Notes: a model not told the origin generated them from the letters alone. A stretch of DNA of 36,225 nt from a virus (IMGVR_UViG_2526164670_000014), one strand, 5' to 3'. Positions 9,446-18,666 are shown, numbered from the stretch's first letter. A program made the numbers and translations.

Positions 9446-9521
9446 CGCGCGCAACGGGTTGTCATTCAAACTCCAATGCTATAAAACTGTGTAATACAAA
9501 CAACTAAAGTAGGTGGCCTCA

Positions 9522-11267
9522 GTGGAACTGCAAGCAAATGCTCGAACCTTAACAAACGTGTTATCTGTAAATAAAAAATATATAGTCCCTAGATTCCAAA
9601 GAGAATATTCTTGGGGGAAGGAACAAGTAAGTGAACTTTGGCATGATATAGTTTCCAATATTCATTACCAGGAGGATGGGCAGTATCAATATGATGAGTA
9701 TTTCATCGGTGCTCTCGTTTTGGTCGGGCAGGAAACTAGCTCTGAGCTGATGATTGTAGATGGTCAACAACGTCTTACGACTCTTACTATATTGTTATCA
9801 GCATTATGTGATAAATTTAAGTTGATAAATGAGTTGGCTGTAGCTCAATCAATATATAATAATTATATATCTGGTATGGATGACGATGGCAGACCTTTTT
9901 TTAAATTAGTTAATGAAACTCCTAAGCCATACTTTCAAAACAACATTCAGCATATTGATAAGAGAAATGAAGGGCCGGAGTCCCTTGAAGAAAGAAACTT
10001 GCAATCTTCATATAATGATTTAACTGAGTATCTTTCAGAAGATAATCTTTGCCAGACATTAGGAGTAGATAGAGAGAAATTTATCTACTTGGAAGCGTTG
10101 AAGGCTGTGCGGGATCAAGTTCTACGGTATCTGAAAGTGATTTATATTACAGTTAATGATGAAGATGAAGCTTATACAATCTTTGAAACTCTGAATGCTA
10201 GGGGATTAAACTTAAGTTATGTAGATCTTATAAAAAACAAATTATTTAAGAAACTGAATGGCACACATCCTGATGATGATGCAAAAACTAAATGGAATAA
10301 AATTAGGCAAATAATTGCTAGTCGTAATGGTGTCGGTTCTATCGAGACATTTATCCGTCATTGGTGGGTGTCAAAATATTCTTATGTAAGTAGTGACACT
10401 CTTTATAAAGCTTTTCTGGATAAGTGGAAAAAAGGCGACATTGATGCTTCAGCGTTCATTGATGAGCTACTTTCAGATGCCGAGATATATGTGAAAATAT
10501 CATCGCCTACAGAACAGGATTTTCCTGAACTGGAAATGAAACCAGTTTATCGAGGTTTGCAGGCATTAAGGCTGTTTAACATATCTCAGAACAAACCATT
10601 TTTGTTATCTTTATTTAAGGCAAGAGCAAGAGGAACGCTAAAACTTGTTGATATGAATAATGCAGTGCTGTCAATTGAACGCTTTCATTTTATGTTTAAT
10701 GCTATTTGTTCATTGCGACCATCAGGTATTGAAAGTGCGTATGCTAAAGCTGCTAGGGCTTTAGTGGATGAAGGTTCTACTAAAGCTAGTAATAGACAAG
10801 TAATAAAGTCTTTGCTTGAAATGTTGGTGAAGAGAAAACCAGACATTAATATGTTTGTTGAAAAGTTTGTTATGCTTAAATTTTCAAATCAAGAGTTGAA
10901 AAATAAAAGGTTGATTCAGTACATTTTTAATAGACTTGAGTTACATCACATGAAAACGGGGGAGTATATGCCTGATTCATTAACATTAGAGCATATTCAG
11001 CCTCAGAGTGTGGGGGATTCTGAAGTATATAGCATGATAGGAAATTTATTACCACTTTCAAAAGAATTAAATGAAAAAGCTGGAAATAAGTCTGTTGTGG
11101 ATAAGCTTGAAATTTATAAACAATCACAATATGCGCTAGTTAAAATTTTTATTGATGAATTTGAAAATAAATATCAAGGAGAATGGACGCCCGATCATAT
11201 GAGATCAAGAGCTGCTGAACTAAGTATTTTATCGTATAATTCAGTATGGAAATTGGGGCGTGAGTAA
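9522..11267 (+). CDS. DUF262 (ParB-like NTPase) plus DUF1524 (His-Me/HNH-like nuclease) fusion protein, GmrSD-like type IV restriction family
   Basis: N-terminal YIVPRFQREYSW and DGQQRLTT motifs (DUF262); C-terminal LTLEHIQPQS...GNLLPLSKELNEKAGNK (DUF1524-like H..N..N); GTG start at 9522 with AGGTGG 5 nt upstream (ORF track begins at 9513); very AT-rich. Confidence 0.8.
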   Translation: MELQANARTLTNVLSVNKKYIVPRFQREYSWGKEQVSELWHDIVSNIHYQEDGQYQYDEYFIGALVLVGQETSSELMIVDGQQRLTTLTILLSALCDKFKLINELAVAQSIYNNYISGMDDDGRPFFKLVNETPKPYFQNNIQHIDKRNEGPESLEERNLQSSYNDLTEYLSEDNLCQTLGVDREKFIYLEALKAVRDQVLRYLKVIYITVNDEDEAYTIFETLNARGLNLSYVDLIKNKLFKKLNGTHPDDDAKTKWNKIRQIIASRNGVGSIETFIRHWWVSKYSYVSSDTLYKAFLDKWKKGDIDASAFIDELLSDAEIYVKISSPTEQDFPELEMKPVYRGLQALRLFNISQNKPFLLSLFKARARGTLKLVDMNNAVLSIERFHFMFNAICSLRPSGIESAYAKAARALVDEGSTKASNRQVIKSLLEMLVKRKPDINMFVEKFVMLKFSNQELKNKRLIQYIFNRLELHHMKTGEYMPDSLTLEHIQPQSVGDSEVYSMIGNLLPLSKELNEKAGNKSVVDKLEIYKQSQYALVKIFIDEFENKYQGEWTPDHMRSRAAELSILSYNSVWKLGRE

Positions 11268-11294
11268 ATGCCGGGGGGGGGCCCAGCATATTTA

Positions 11295-12344
11295 TCAAAA
11301 AGAATCGTTTGTGAAATTTAGGGAGTAGGCATCAAAGCGTATTGCTTCTTCGCCTAGCCAATAGTTAAGTTCTTGTAGCTGTTTCTGCAGGGGCATCAGT
11401 TCGTTGCGGACAAAAACACGACTAGCCTTCTCCACATCACCAAAGCCCCCAACATTATTAGGCATTATCCCCATCATTTGCGGCGGCACACGGTGTGCCG
11501 CCATCATGTCGTCCCGGCTCACGTTCTTGATATTCAGAAACTCATCCTTCGCCGCGACTTCTGACAACGGGATAATCTGAAGCCCGTCCTTTTTGCCGTT
11601 AGGAGAGTACATAAACAGGTTGCGGAAGTTGCCTGGCCCTTTGGCACTTTTCATTGCATTGCGGAGGTTGTTCACATCCTCCTGGTTCTGCGCGGCATCG
11701 GTCATGTACATGATGAAGCCTGCATGACTGCCGTTAATATAATACTTCCGGCGGAACAGCGTGGCGGACTCGTTGAGCAGGGCTGATGGAATGGCAGAAA
11801 GATAACCTGGCAGGCCGTAGATCTCCTGGTTGATGTCCGGTTCCATCAGATGAAAAATGCTGCCTTTCGTGAACTGATACGGCTGGGTTGTCATACCGTA
11901 TTGCACAAACCAGTAGGTATCCAGGTCTAACCCGCGTCGGGTGTATTTTGCCAGAGCAGGCTCAAGGGCGATAACTTCACCGAAGCGGTTCGTGCGTTTC
12001 TCCAGGTAGGCGTTACCAAATACCAGATAGTCCTGCACAAAACGTGAAAAAGCCTGCTGGCTGAGCAGCGGGTGAGGGATGTAGGTACTGGTCAGAATGT
12101 TGCATTTCACCGCAATTGGTGAGCTGTGATGCACGGCGGCGCGGAAGGTTCGTGCCAGTCCGTCAAAGCTGACGGGCGGCTCATACCAGCGGTCCATCTG
12201 TACGCATTCCACATAGTCCAGCAGTTCTCGGCGGTCCAGAACAGGAACGGGATCGCCGAAGCTGAATGCTTCGGCTGTAGTCTGGCTTTTAAGCTGGATC
12301 TGTTTCGTCGCCGCAGCGCGGTTCTTCTTACTCTTTCCCATCAA
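11295..12344 (-). CDS. Q: Portal protein (P2 gpQ family)
   Basis: 349 aa, immediately downstream of and overlapping the terminase ATPase gene; position and size as P2 Q. Confidence 0.85.
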   Translation of the reverse strand: MMGKSKKNRAAATKQIQLKSQTTAEAFSFGDPVPVLDRRELLDYVECVQMDRWYEPPVSFDGLARTFRAAVHHSSPIAVKCNILTSTYIPHPLLSQQAFSRFVQDYLVFGNAYLEKRTNRFGEVIALEPALAKYTRRGLDLDTYWFVQYGMTTQPYQFTKGSIFHLMEPDINQEIYGLPGYLSAIPSALLNESATLFRRKYYINGSHAGFIMYMTDAAQNQEDVNNLRNAMKSAKGPGNFRNLFMYSPNGKKDGLQIIPLSEVAAKDEFLNIKNVSRDDMMAAHRVPPQMMGIMPNNVGGFGDVEKASRVFVRNELMPLQKQLQELNYWLGEEAIRFDAYSLNFTNDSF

Positions 12345-14107
12345 AAAATCTCCACAATATTGCTGGTATTGGCGGATTCGCCCTGCAGCGGTTCGTTAAA
12401 CAATGCGTGCATCGTTGCCCAGGCCAGATCGGCGTGGCTGGCTTCTTCGCTGCGGCTGGCTTCATAGGTCGGGCGGTTGCCGCTGGCGGTGGTTGCGCGA
12501 CGGATTGCCATGAATGACTGCGCAATGTCGGTGTGTCCGGCGTCAAACTCCAGACGGCGGTGGCTGATAATGTCGTAGGCCTTGAGTACCAGGGCGTTTT
12601 TAACGTTGGGGTTGTAGACAAACTCCCGGACGGCTGGAAAAAACGCTTTCACGTTCTCGTAAACCCCGTGACCGACACCCGTCGAGTCGATGCCGATATA
12701 GGTCACGTTGTACTGCTCGGTCAGTTTTTTGATTGCATCAGCCTGGGCGCGGAAGTCCATCCCGCGCCACTGGTGACGCTCAAGAATGCGAAACTTACCG
12801 CCTGGCACGGCTGGCGGTGCCACCACCACGCATCCGGCGCTGTCGCCGTTCTGCGTACCTTTTGCCGGGTCATAACCGATCCACACCTCGCGCCAGCCAA
12901 ACGGGCGCAGGGCCAGTGCATGAAAGTCGGTCCAGACTTCCCAGCTGTCCACCATGCACGCCTGCAGTTCGCTGAGCGGGAACACGGACGCGAGATCGTC
13001 CACGAACTCGCACATCAGCAGGTTCTGATATTCGTCCGGGCTGTATTCCATGCGTAGCTGGTCGAGGTCGAACAGGTTACAGCCGCCGCGCACCGCATCT
13101 TCCACGGTGACTATCTGGCGGTATTGCCCGTCTGCGCACAGCAGGCCGGGGGCCAGATTGTTGTGGGACAGGTCGATGTCCACCTTATCGGCTTTGTTGC
13201 GCCCACGGTTGAACAGCGCACCGGACCAGAACGGATAAGCACTGTGTGTCAGGCTGGATGGCGTGGAAAAATAGGTCTGCCGCCATTTCTTGTGAATAGC
13301 CATACCGGAAGCCACTTTGCGCAGCTCCTGGAATTTCGGGATCCAGAAATATTCATCCAGATACAGGTTGCCGTGGTAACTCTGGGCCGTGCGGGCATTG
13401 GTGCCGAGGAAGTAAAGCGTGGCCCCGTCAGGAAGCACTATCGGATCACCTTTCAGCTCCACCTCGACTTCTTTGGCGAAGTCGATGATGTACTGCTTAA
13501 AGACGTGAGCCTGTGCCTTACTGGCAGAAAGGAAAATCTGGTTACGTCCGGTAAGCAGGGCGTCAATCAGGGCTTCACGGGCAAAGTAAAAGGTCGCGCC
13601 GATCTGGCGTGACTTCAGCAGGTTGCGGATGCGGTTGGTTTTTCCGGCTTCCCACCAGTGGCGCTGGTAGTTGAACATGGAGGAATGGAAAATTTCTTCC
13701 AGCTTCTCAATCTGTTCATCGGTGAAAACGTTCTTTTCCGGCTGACGGCGCGGGCCTTTGTTGCGGTTGGCGACGTTAGGGTTTAAGTCGGCTTCGTTGC
13801 CGCCATTGTTAAACTTGCCGATCCGCGCGTGGCGTTCCGACTGGCGCGCCAGCAGGTCAATCTCTTTGAAATCTTTCCCTTCTTTGTGCTCCTTCATAAT
13901 GAGCTGGCAATAGCGTGCGGCGGTGGTGAGCTGCATCTGATCCAGCGGCCCATAGTCACCCCACTTGTCGCGTTTTTTCCAGCTGTGAACGGTTGCAACT
14001 TTCTCGCCCAGCATTTCAGCAATGCGGGCTACGCGGTATCCCTGAAAGTACAGCAGCATGGCCTGCCGACGGGGATCGAGATCTGCGGGTGTCAGTGTGG
14101 TGTTCAT
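12341..14107 (-). CDS. P: Terminase large (ATPase) subunit (P2 gpP family)
   Basis: 588 aa, divergent from the O-N-M-L capsid operon exactly as in P2; size and position typical. Confidence 0.85.
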   Translation of the reverse strand: MNTTLTPADLDPRRQAMLLYFQGYRVARIAEMLGEKVATVHSWKKRDKWGDYGPLDQMQLTTAARYCQLIMKEHKEGKDFKEIDLLARQSERHARIGKFNNGGNEADLNPNVANRNKGPRRQPEKNVFTDEQIEKLEEIFHSSMFNYQRHWWEAGKTNRIRNLLKSRQIGATFYFAREALIDALLTGRNQIFLSASKAQAHVFKQYIIDFAKEVEVELKGDPIVLPDGATLYFLGTNARTAQSYHGNLYLDEYFWIPKFQELRKVASGMAIHKKWRQTYFSTPSSLTHSAYPFWSGALFNRGRNKADKVDIDLSHNNLAPGLLCADGQYRQIVTVEDAVRGGCNLFDLDQLRMEYSPDEYQNLLMCEFVDDLASVFPLSELQACMVDSWEVWTDFHALALRPFGWREVWIGYDPAKGTQNGDSAGCVVVAPPAVPGGKFRILERHQWRGMDFRAQADAIKKLTEQYNVTYIGIDSTGVGHGVYENVKAFFPAVREFVYNPNVKNALVLKAYDIISHRRLEFDAGHTDIAQSFMAIRRATTASGNRPTYEASRSEEASHADLAWATMHALFNEPLQGESANTSNIVEIF

Positions 14108-14153
14108 GGCACAAACCTACAGCCTTGAATGAAGGCTTTCCCCGCCTGCGGTT

Positions 14154-14171
14154 TGTGTGGTTGTCGGTACA
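14154..14171. promoter_or_regulatory. Late-promoter activator dyad TGT-N12-ACA (Ogr/B-type) in the P/O divergent region
   Basis: TGTgtggttgtcggtACA between divergent P and O; centre is 55.5 nt from the P start codon and 87.5 nt from the O start codon. Confidence 0.55.
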
Positions 14172-14249
14172 AATACCGCGCATTGTTTCACTGCCCCCAT
14201 CACCGCAACCATAAGGCTCCAGTAAGTTTTTTCTAACGGAGCACGGCTC

Positions 14250-15083
14250 ATGACAGTGAAAGCAAAGCGTTTTCGCATCGGGGTGGAAGGTGCCACCACC
14301 GACGGACGCGAAATCCAGCGTGAATGGCTGGAACAGATGGCAGCCAGCTACAACCCGGCGGTGTATACCGCGCTGATTAACCTTGAGCACATCAAGTCTT
14401 ATCTGCCGGACAGCACCTTTAACCGCTACGGCAAGGTGACGGCGCTGTTTGCTGAAGAAATCACGGAAGGTCCGCTGGCAGGCAAGATGGCGCTGTATGC
14501 CGACGTTGAGCCAACGGAGTCCCTGGTGGAGCTGGTGAAAAAAGGCCAGAAATTATTCACCTCTATGGAAGTCAGCCCGAAGTTCGCTGATACGGGCAAA
14601 GCCTACCTGGTCGGCCTGGCTGCCACTGATGACCCTGCCAGTCTGGGCACTGAAATGCTGACATTCAGCGCCAGTGCAGCCCATAACCCACTGGCAAACC
14701 GCAAGCAGAATCCTGCCAATCTCTTTACCGCTGCAGAGGAAACGGTGATCGAACTGGAAGAAATCCAGGACGACAAACCGTCCCTGTTTGCCCGTGTCAC
14801 GGCGCTGTTTACCAAAAAAGAGCAGTCCGATGACGCCCGGTTCTCTGATGTGCATAAGGCCGTGGAGCTGGTCGCCACTGAGCAGCAGAACCTGAGCGCA
14901 CGCACCGAAAAATCCCTGTCTGAGCAGGAAGAACGCCTGTCTGAGCTGGAGACTGCCCTGCAGGCACAGCAAACCGCCTTTAACGAACTGGTGGACAAGC
15001 TGAGTCATGAAGACAGCCGCCAGGACTACCGCCAGCGTGCAACAGGCGGTAACGCCCCCGCTGACACTCTGACCAATTGCTGA
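14250..15083 (+). CDS. O: Capsid scaffolding protein (P2 gpO family)
   Basis: 277 aa, first gene of the rightward capsid operon; acidic, coiled-coil-rich C-terminal half. Confidence 0.85.
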   Translation: MTVKAKRFRIGVEGATTDGREIQREWLEQMAASYNPAVYTALINLEHIKSYLPDSTFNRYGKVTALFAEEITEGPLAGKMALYADVEPTESLVELVKKGQKLFTSMEVSPKFADTGKAYLVGLAATDDPASLGTEMLTFSASAAHNPLANRKQNPANLFTAAEETVIELEEIQDDKPSLFARVTALFTKKEQSDDARFSDVHKAVELVATEQQNLSARTEKSLSEQEERLSELETALQAQQTAFNELVDKLSHEDSRQDYRQRATGGNAPADTLTNC

Positions 15084-15099
15084 TGGAGCACAAAACCCG

Positions 15100-16158
15100 A
15101 TGAAGAAGAATACCCGCTTTGCTTTTAACGCTTACCTGCAGCAGCTGGCGCGTCTGAACGGTGTGGCAGTTGAAGAACTGTCCAGCAAGTTCACCGTGGA
15201 GCCGTCTGTACAGCAGACGCTGGAAGACCAGATCCAGCAGTCCGCCGCTTTCCTGACGCTGATTAACGTCACGCCAGTGACTGAGCAGTCCGGTCAGCTG
15301 CTGGGGCTGGGTGTTGGCAGCACCATTGCCGGAACCACTGACACCACCGCGAAAGAGCGTGAACCTGTCGATCCTACGCTGATGGTCGATGTGGAATACA
15401 AATGCGAGCAGACCAACTTTGACACGGTACTGACCTACGCGAAGCTGGACCTGTGGGCGAAGTTTCAGGATTTCCAGGTGCGTATCCGTGACGCCATCGT
15501 GAAACGTCAGGCACTGGACCGCATCATGATCGGCTTTAACGGCGTGAAGCGTGCGAAAACCTCCAACCGTAGCGAAAACCCGCTGCTGCAGGATGTGAAC
15601 AAAGGCTGGTTACAGAAAATCCGTGAGGATGCACCGGATCACGTCATGGGCAGCAGCACCACGGGCGGTGAAACCACACCGCGTGCGGTGAAAGTCGGTA
15701 AAGGTGGCGAATATGCCAACCTGGACGCCGTGGTGATGGATGCCGTCAATGAGCTTATCGACGTTGTCTACCAGGACGATGACGATCTGGTGGTGATTTG
15801 CGGGCGTGAACTGCTGTCTGACAAGTATTTCCCGCTGGTCAACAAAGAGCAGGAAAACAGTGAAAAACTGGCTGCCGATATGATCATCAGTCAGAAACGC
15901 ATGGGTGGCCTGCAGGCGGTGCGTGCGCCGTTCTTCCCGCCGAATGCGCTGCTGATCACCCGTCTGGATAACCTGTCCATCTACTGGCAGGAAGATACCC
16001 GCCGCCGTTCAGTTATCGACAACCCGAAACGTGACCGGATTGAAAATTTTGAATCCGTTAACGAAGCCTATGTGGTTGAGGACTATCGCTGCGCTGCACT
16101 GGTGGAAAACATCCAGATTGGTGACTTCAGCGCCGCTGCAGCAGAAACCGGAGCGTAA
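15100..16158 (+). CDS. N: Major capsid protein (P2 gpN family)
   Basis: 352 aa following the scaffold gene; position and size as P2 N. Confidence 0.85.
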   Translation: MKKNTRFAFNAYLQQLARLNGVAVEELSSKFTVEPSVQQTLEDQIQQSAAFLTLINVTPVTEQSGQLLGLGVGSTIAGTTDTTAKEREPVDPTLMVDVEYKCEQTNFDTVLTYAKLDLWAKFQDFQVRIRDAIVKRQALDRIMIGFNGVKRAKTSNRSENPLLQDVNKGWLQKIREDAPDHVMGSSTTGGETTPRAVKVGKGGEYANLDAVVMDAVNELIDVVYQDDDDLVVICGRELLSDKYFPLVNKEQENSEKLAADMIISQKRMGGLQAVRAPFFPPNALLITRLDNLSIYWQEDTRRRSVIDNPKRDRIENFESVNEAYVVEDYRCAALVENIQIGDFSAAAAETGA

Positions 16159-16161
16159 TTC

Positions 16162-16812
16162 ATGAGCCTGAGTCCCGCACGGCAGCATCGCCTGCGCGTT
16201 CAGGCTGAACAGGCCGCTCGCGAGGGTGGCAGTGTTCGCCACGCGTCGGGCTATGACCTGATGCTGCTGCAACTGGCGGAAGACCGCCGCCGTCTCAAGG
16301 GCGTTCAGTCCACGGTCAAAAAAGCGGAAATCAAGGTGGAGCTGCTGCCGAAATATGCCGCCTGGGCGGAGGGCGTTCTGGCTGCCGGAGGCGCTCAACA
16401 GGATGACGTGCTGATGTACGTGATGCTGTGGCGCATTGATGCCGGAGATTATGCCGGGGCGCTGGAGATCGGGCGTCATGCCCTGCGTCATGGCTGGGTG
16501 ATGCCGCTGGGTAACCGCAACGTGCAGACCGTGCTGGCAGAGGAAATGGCAGACGCGGCGCAGAGCGCAATGCTTGCCGCCACCGGCTTTGATGCCGACC
16601 TGTTGCTGCAGACGCTGGAGCTGACAGACGGTCTGGATATGCCGGACCAGTCACGGGCGCGTCTGCATAAAGCGATTGGCGCTGTCCTGAGTGAAAGCAA
16701 TCCGGCTTCCGCCCTTAATCATCTCAACCATGCGTTACAGCTCGATCCCCGCTGTGGCGTGAAAAAAGACAAACAGCAGCTGGAGCGCAGACTGCGCAAT
16801 GACAGCCGCTGA
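16162..16812 (+). CDS. M: Terminase small/endonuclease subunit (P2 gpM family)
   Basis: 216 aa; conserved blocks LRHA.GY..ML..LA.D...LK and AQQDDVLMYVMLWRID..DYAGALEIGRHAL recalled from P2 gpM. Confidence 0.85.
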   Translation: MSLSPARQHRLRVQAEQAAREGGSVRHASGYDLMLLQLAEDRRRLKGVQSTVKKAEIKVELLPKYAAWAEGVLAAGGAQQDDVLMYVMLWRIDAGDYAGALEIGRHALRHGWVMPLGNRNVQTVLAEEMADAAQSAMLAATGFDADLLLQTLELTDGLDMPDQSRARLHKAIGAVLSESNPASALNHLNHALQLDPRCGVKKDKQQLERRLRNDSR

Positions 16813-16907
16813 CAGAACGTGCCCCCGCGCACGGGCGGCACGGGGTGGCGAAAGGCACTGCCACATCAAAATCCCGTCCACCGCCCTCTATTTCAGGAGA
16901 AAGCAGC

Positions 16908-17372
16908 ATGAAGTTTGTTGCGCCAGAACAGGCACCGGAACAGGCGGAAATCATCAGAAATACGCCGTTCTGGCCTGATGTGGACCTGTCGGAGTTTCGC
17001 AGTGTGATGCGCACTGACGGCACGGTGACGCAGCCGCGTTTAAAGCAGGTTGCGCTGTCGGCAATTTCGGAGGTCAACGCAGAGCTGTATGAGTTTCGCA
17101 GACGCCAGCAGATGCTGGGATATGCCTCGCTGGCAGAGGTTCCGGCGGAACAGCTGGACGGGAAAAGCGAGCGCATTCAGCACTATTTCAACGCGGTTTA
17201 CTGCTGGGCTCGCGCCATGCTCAACGAACGTTACCAGGACTATGACGCCACGGCATCCGGTGTGAAGCGGGGCGAGGAACTGGCAGAAGCCAGCGGTGAT
17301 TTGTGGCGTGACGCCCGCTGGGCCATCTGCCGGGTACAGGATGCGCCGCACTGCACAGTGGAGCTTATCTGA
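16908..17372 (+). CDS. L: Head completion/stabilisation protein (P2 gpL family)
   Basis: 154 aa from the ATG at 16908 with CAGGAG RBS (the ORF-track GTG start at 16845 is less likely); position after M. Confidence 0.8.
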   Translation: MKFVAPEQAPEQAEIIRNTPFWPDVDLSEFRSVMRTDGTVTQPRLKQVALSAISEVNAELYEFRRRQQMLGYASLAEVPAEQLDGKSERIQHYFNAVYCWARAMLNERYQDYDATASGVKRGEELAEASGDLWRDARWAICRVQDAPHCTVELI

Positions 17373-17575
17373 TGAAAGTGCGTGCGCATCAGTATGACAC
17401 GGTGGACGCGCTTTGCTGGCGTCATTACGGGCGCACGCAGGGTGTCACGGAGCAGGTACTGAAGGCAAATCCGGGGCTTGCCGAATTTGGCCCTTTTTTA
17501 CCTCACGGGCTGCAGGTGGAGCTGCCGGACATTCCGACCACCACCACCGTGCAGACCGTCCAGCTATGGGACTGA
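17372..17575 (+). CDS. X: Tail protein X (P2 gpX family)
   Basis: 67-aa ORF start-overlapping the L stop, preceding the lysis cassette as in P2. Confidence 0.75.
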   Translation: MKVRAHQYDTVDALCWRHYGRTQGVTEQVLKANPGLAEFGPFLPHGLQVELPDIPTTTTVQTVQLWD

Positions 17576-17578
17576 ATT

Positions 17579-17794
17579 ATGACGCTTGAGCGAATCAGCG
17601 CCTTTATCACGTATTGCATCGCCGTTGTGCTGGCCTGGCTGGGCGATTTGTCCATCAAGGATGCCTCAACGCTGGGTGGCCTGATGATCGGTGTGCTGAT
17701 GCTGGCTATCAACTGGTACTACAAACACAAAGCCTACCAGCTTCTGCGCGACGGGCAGATCTCGCGGGAGGACTATGAATCCATCAATCGTTAA
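17579..17794 (+). CDS. Holin, class II (pinholin-like)
   Basis: 71 aa with two hydrophobic transmembrane segments and a charged C-terminal tail; directly upstream of the endolysin. Confidence 0.75.
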   Translation: MTLERISAFITYCIAVVLAWLGDLSIKDASTLGGLMIGVLMLAINWYYKHKAYQLLRDGQISREDYESINR

Positions 17795-18287
17795 ACGCTG
17801 CCTTGTCGGGGCCGTGCTGGCTATTGCTGCCACGCTGCCGGGGTTTCAGCAACTTCACACCTCCGTGGAGGGGCTGAAACTGATTGCCGATTACGAAGGC
17901 TGTCGTCTGCAGCCGTATCAGTGCAGCGCGGGTGTCTGGACCGACGGCATTGGTAATACGTCGGGCGTCATTCCCGGCAAAACTATTACGGAACGACAGG
18001 CAGCAGAAGGGCTGATCTCCAACGTGCTGCGTGTGGAGCGGGCGCTGGAAAGGTGTGTGAAGCAACAGCCGCCGCAGAAGGTGTATGACGCTGCGGTGTC
18101 GTTTGCCTTCAACGTGGGGACGGGCAATGCCTGCAGTTCCACGCTGGTGAAATTACTCAATCAGCGGCGCTGGGCGGATGCGTGCCGACAGTTGCCGCGC
18201 TGGGTTTATGTGAAAGGTGTGTTTAATCAGGGGCTGGATAACCGCCGTGCGCGGGAGATGGCCTGGTGTTTACAGGGAGCAAACTGA
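17775..18287 (+). CDS. Endolysin, GH24 lysozyme with N-terminal signal-anchor-release (SAR) domain
   Basis: N-terminal weakly hydrophobic segment CLVGAVLAIAATLPG followed by T4-lysozyme-like catalytic region EGLKLIADYEGC...DGIGNT; GGGAGG RBS. Confidence 0.8.
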   Translation: MNPSIVKRCLVGAVLAIAATLPGFQQLHTSVEGLKLIADYEGCRLQPYQCSAGVWTDGIGNTSGVIPGKTITERQAAEGLISNVLRVERALERCVKQQPPQKVYDAAVSFAFNVGTGNACSSTLVKLLNQRRWADACRQLPRWVYVKGVFNQGLDNRRAREMAWCLQGAN

Positions 18288-18288
18288 A

Positions 18289-18666
18289 ATGAAAAAGAAA
18301 TTAATCAGCGGGCTGTTTCTGATGTTATGGATGGCGCTGTTAATCGCAGCAATGGTGTATCCGCAGGGGATTTTTCCGGTACTGGCAGCGTCCGGCGTTT
18401 GGGTAGCCTGTTTACTGACATGGGCGGTAATTCCGGTAGCACTGGCTGCGTTAATTAAGAATGGCCCGCTCTGGCAGGAGTTAAGGGCATCTTTGCTTAA
18501 GACCATTACCCGAAAAGAAAACGTATTTATCAGCTGGGTGATGCGATTGCTGATTGTCGTAAGTCTCGCCTGGACGGGGTGGGCTATTACTCTGGTCTTT
18601 TATCTACTGACCGTTATTGCCTTCTGGATCACCCGTAATCAGATGGCGCAGCAGGTAGCAGCATGA
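18289..18666 (+). CDS. LysA-like membrane protein (lysis timing)
   Basis: 125 aa from the ATG at 18289 (AGGGAG RBS), several predicted transmembrane helices, located between endolysin and spanins as P2 lysA. Confidence 0.65.
   Translation: MKKKLISGLFLMLWMALLIAAMVYPQGIFPVLAASGVWVACLLTWAVIPVALAALIKNGPLWQELRASLLKTITRKENVFISWVMRLLIVVSLAWTGWAITLVFYLLTVIAFWITRNQMAQQVAA

Noticed and set aside
11268-11294. G9 homopolymer (11273-11281) in the 27-bp gap between the convergent GmrSD-like gene and Q; considered as an alternative cos location or a slipped-strand phase-variation tract
   Set aside because: Intergenic, so length changes have no coding consequence; no match to the remembered cohesive-end sequence; may simply be a GC clamp or sequencing-prone tract. 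Worth confirming its length in raw reads.
12328-12621. 97-aa proline-rich ORF on the minus strand across the P/Q junction
   Set aside because: It overlaps the 5' end of Q and the 3' end of P in another frame and has no independent support.
16331-17176. Arg/Pro/Ser-rich antisense ORFs (16331-16654, 16488-16700, 16724-17176) across the M/L region
   Set aside because: Reverse-strand translations of GC-rich phage structural genes; no signals; forward genes M and L are well supported.
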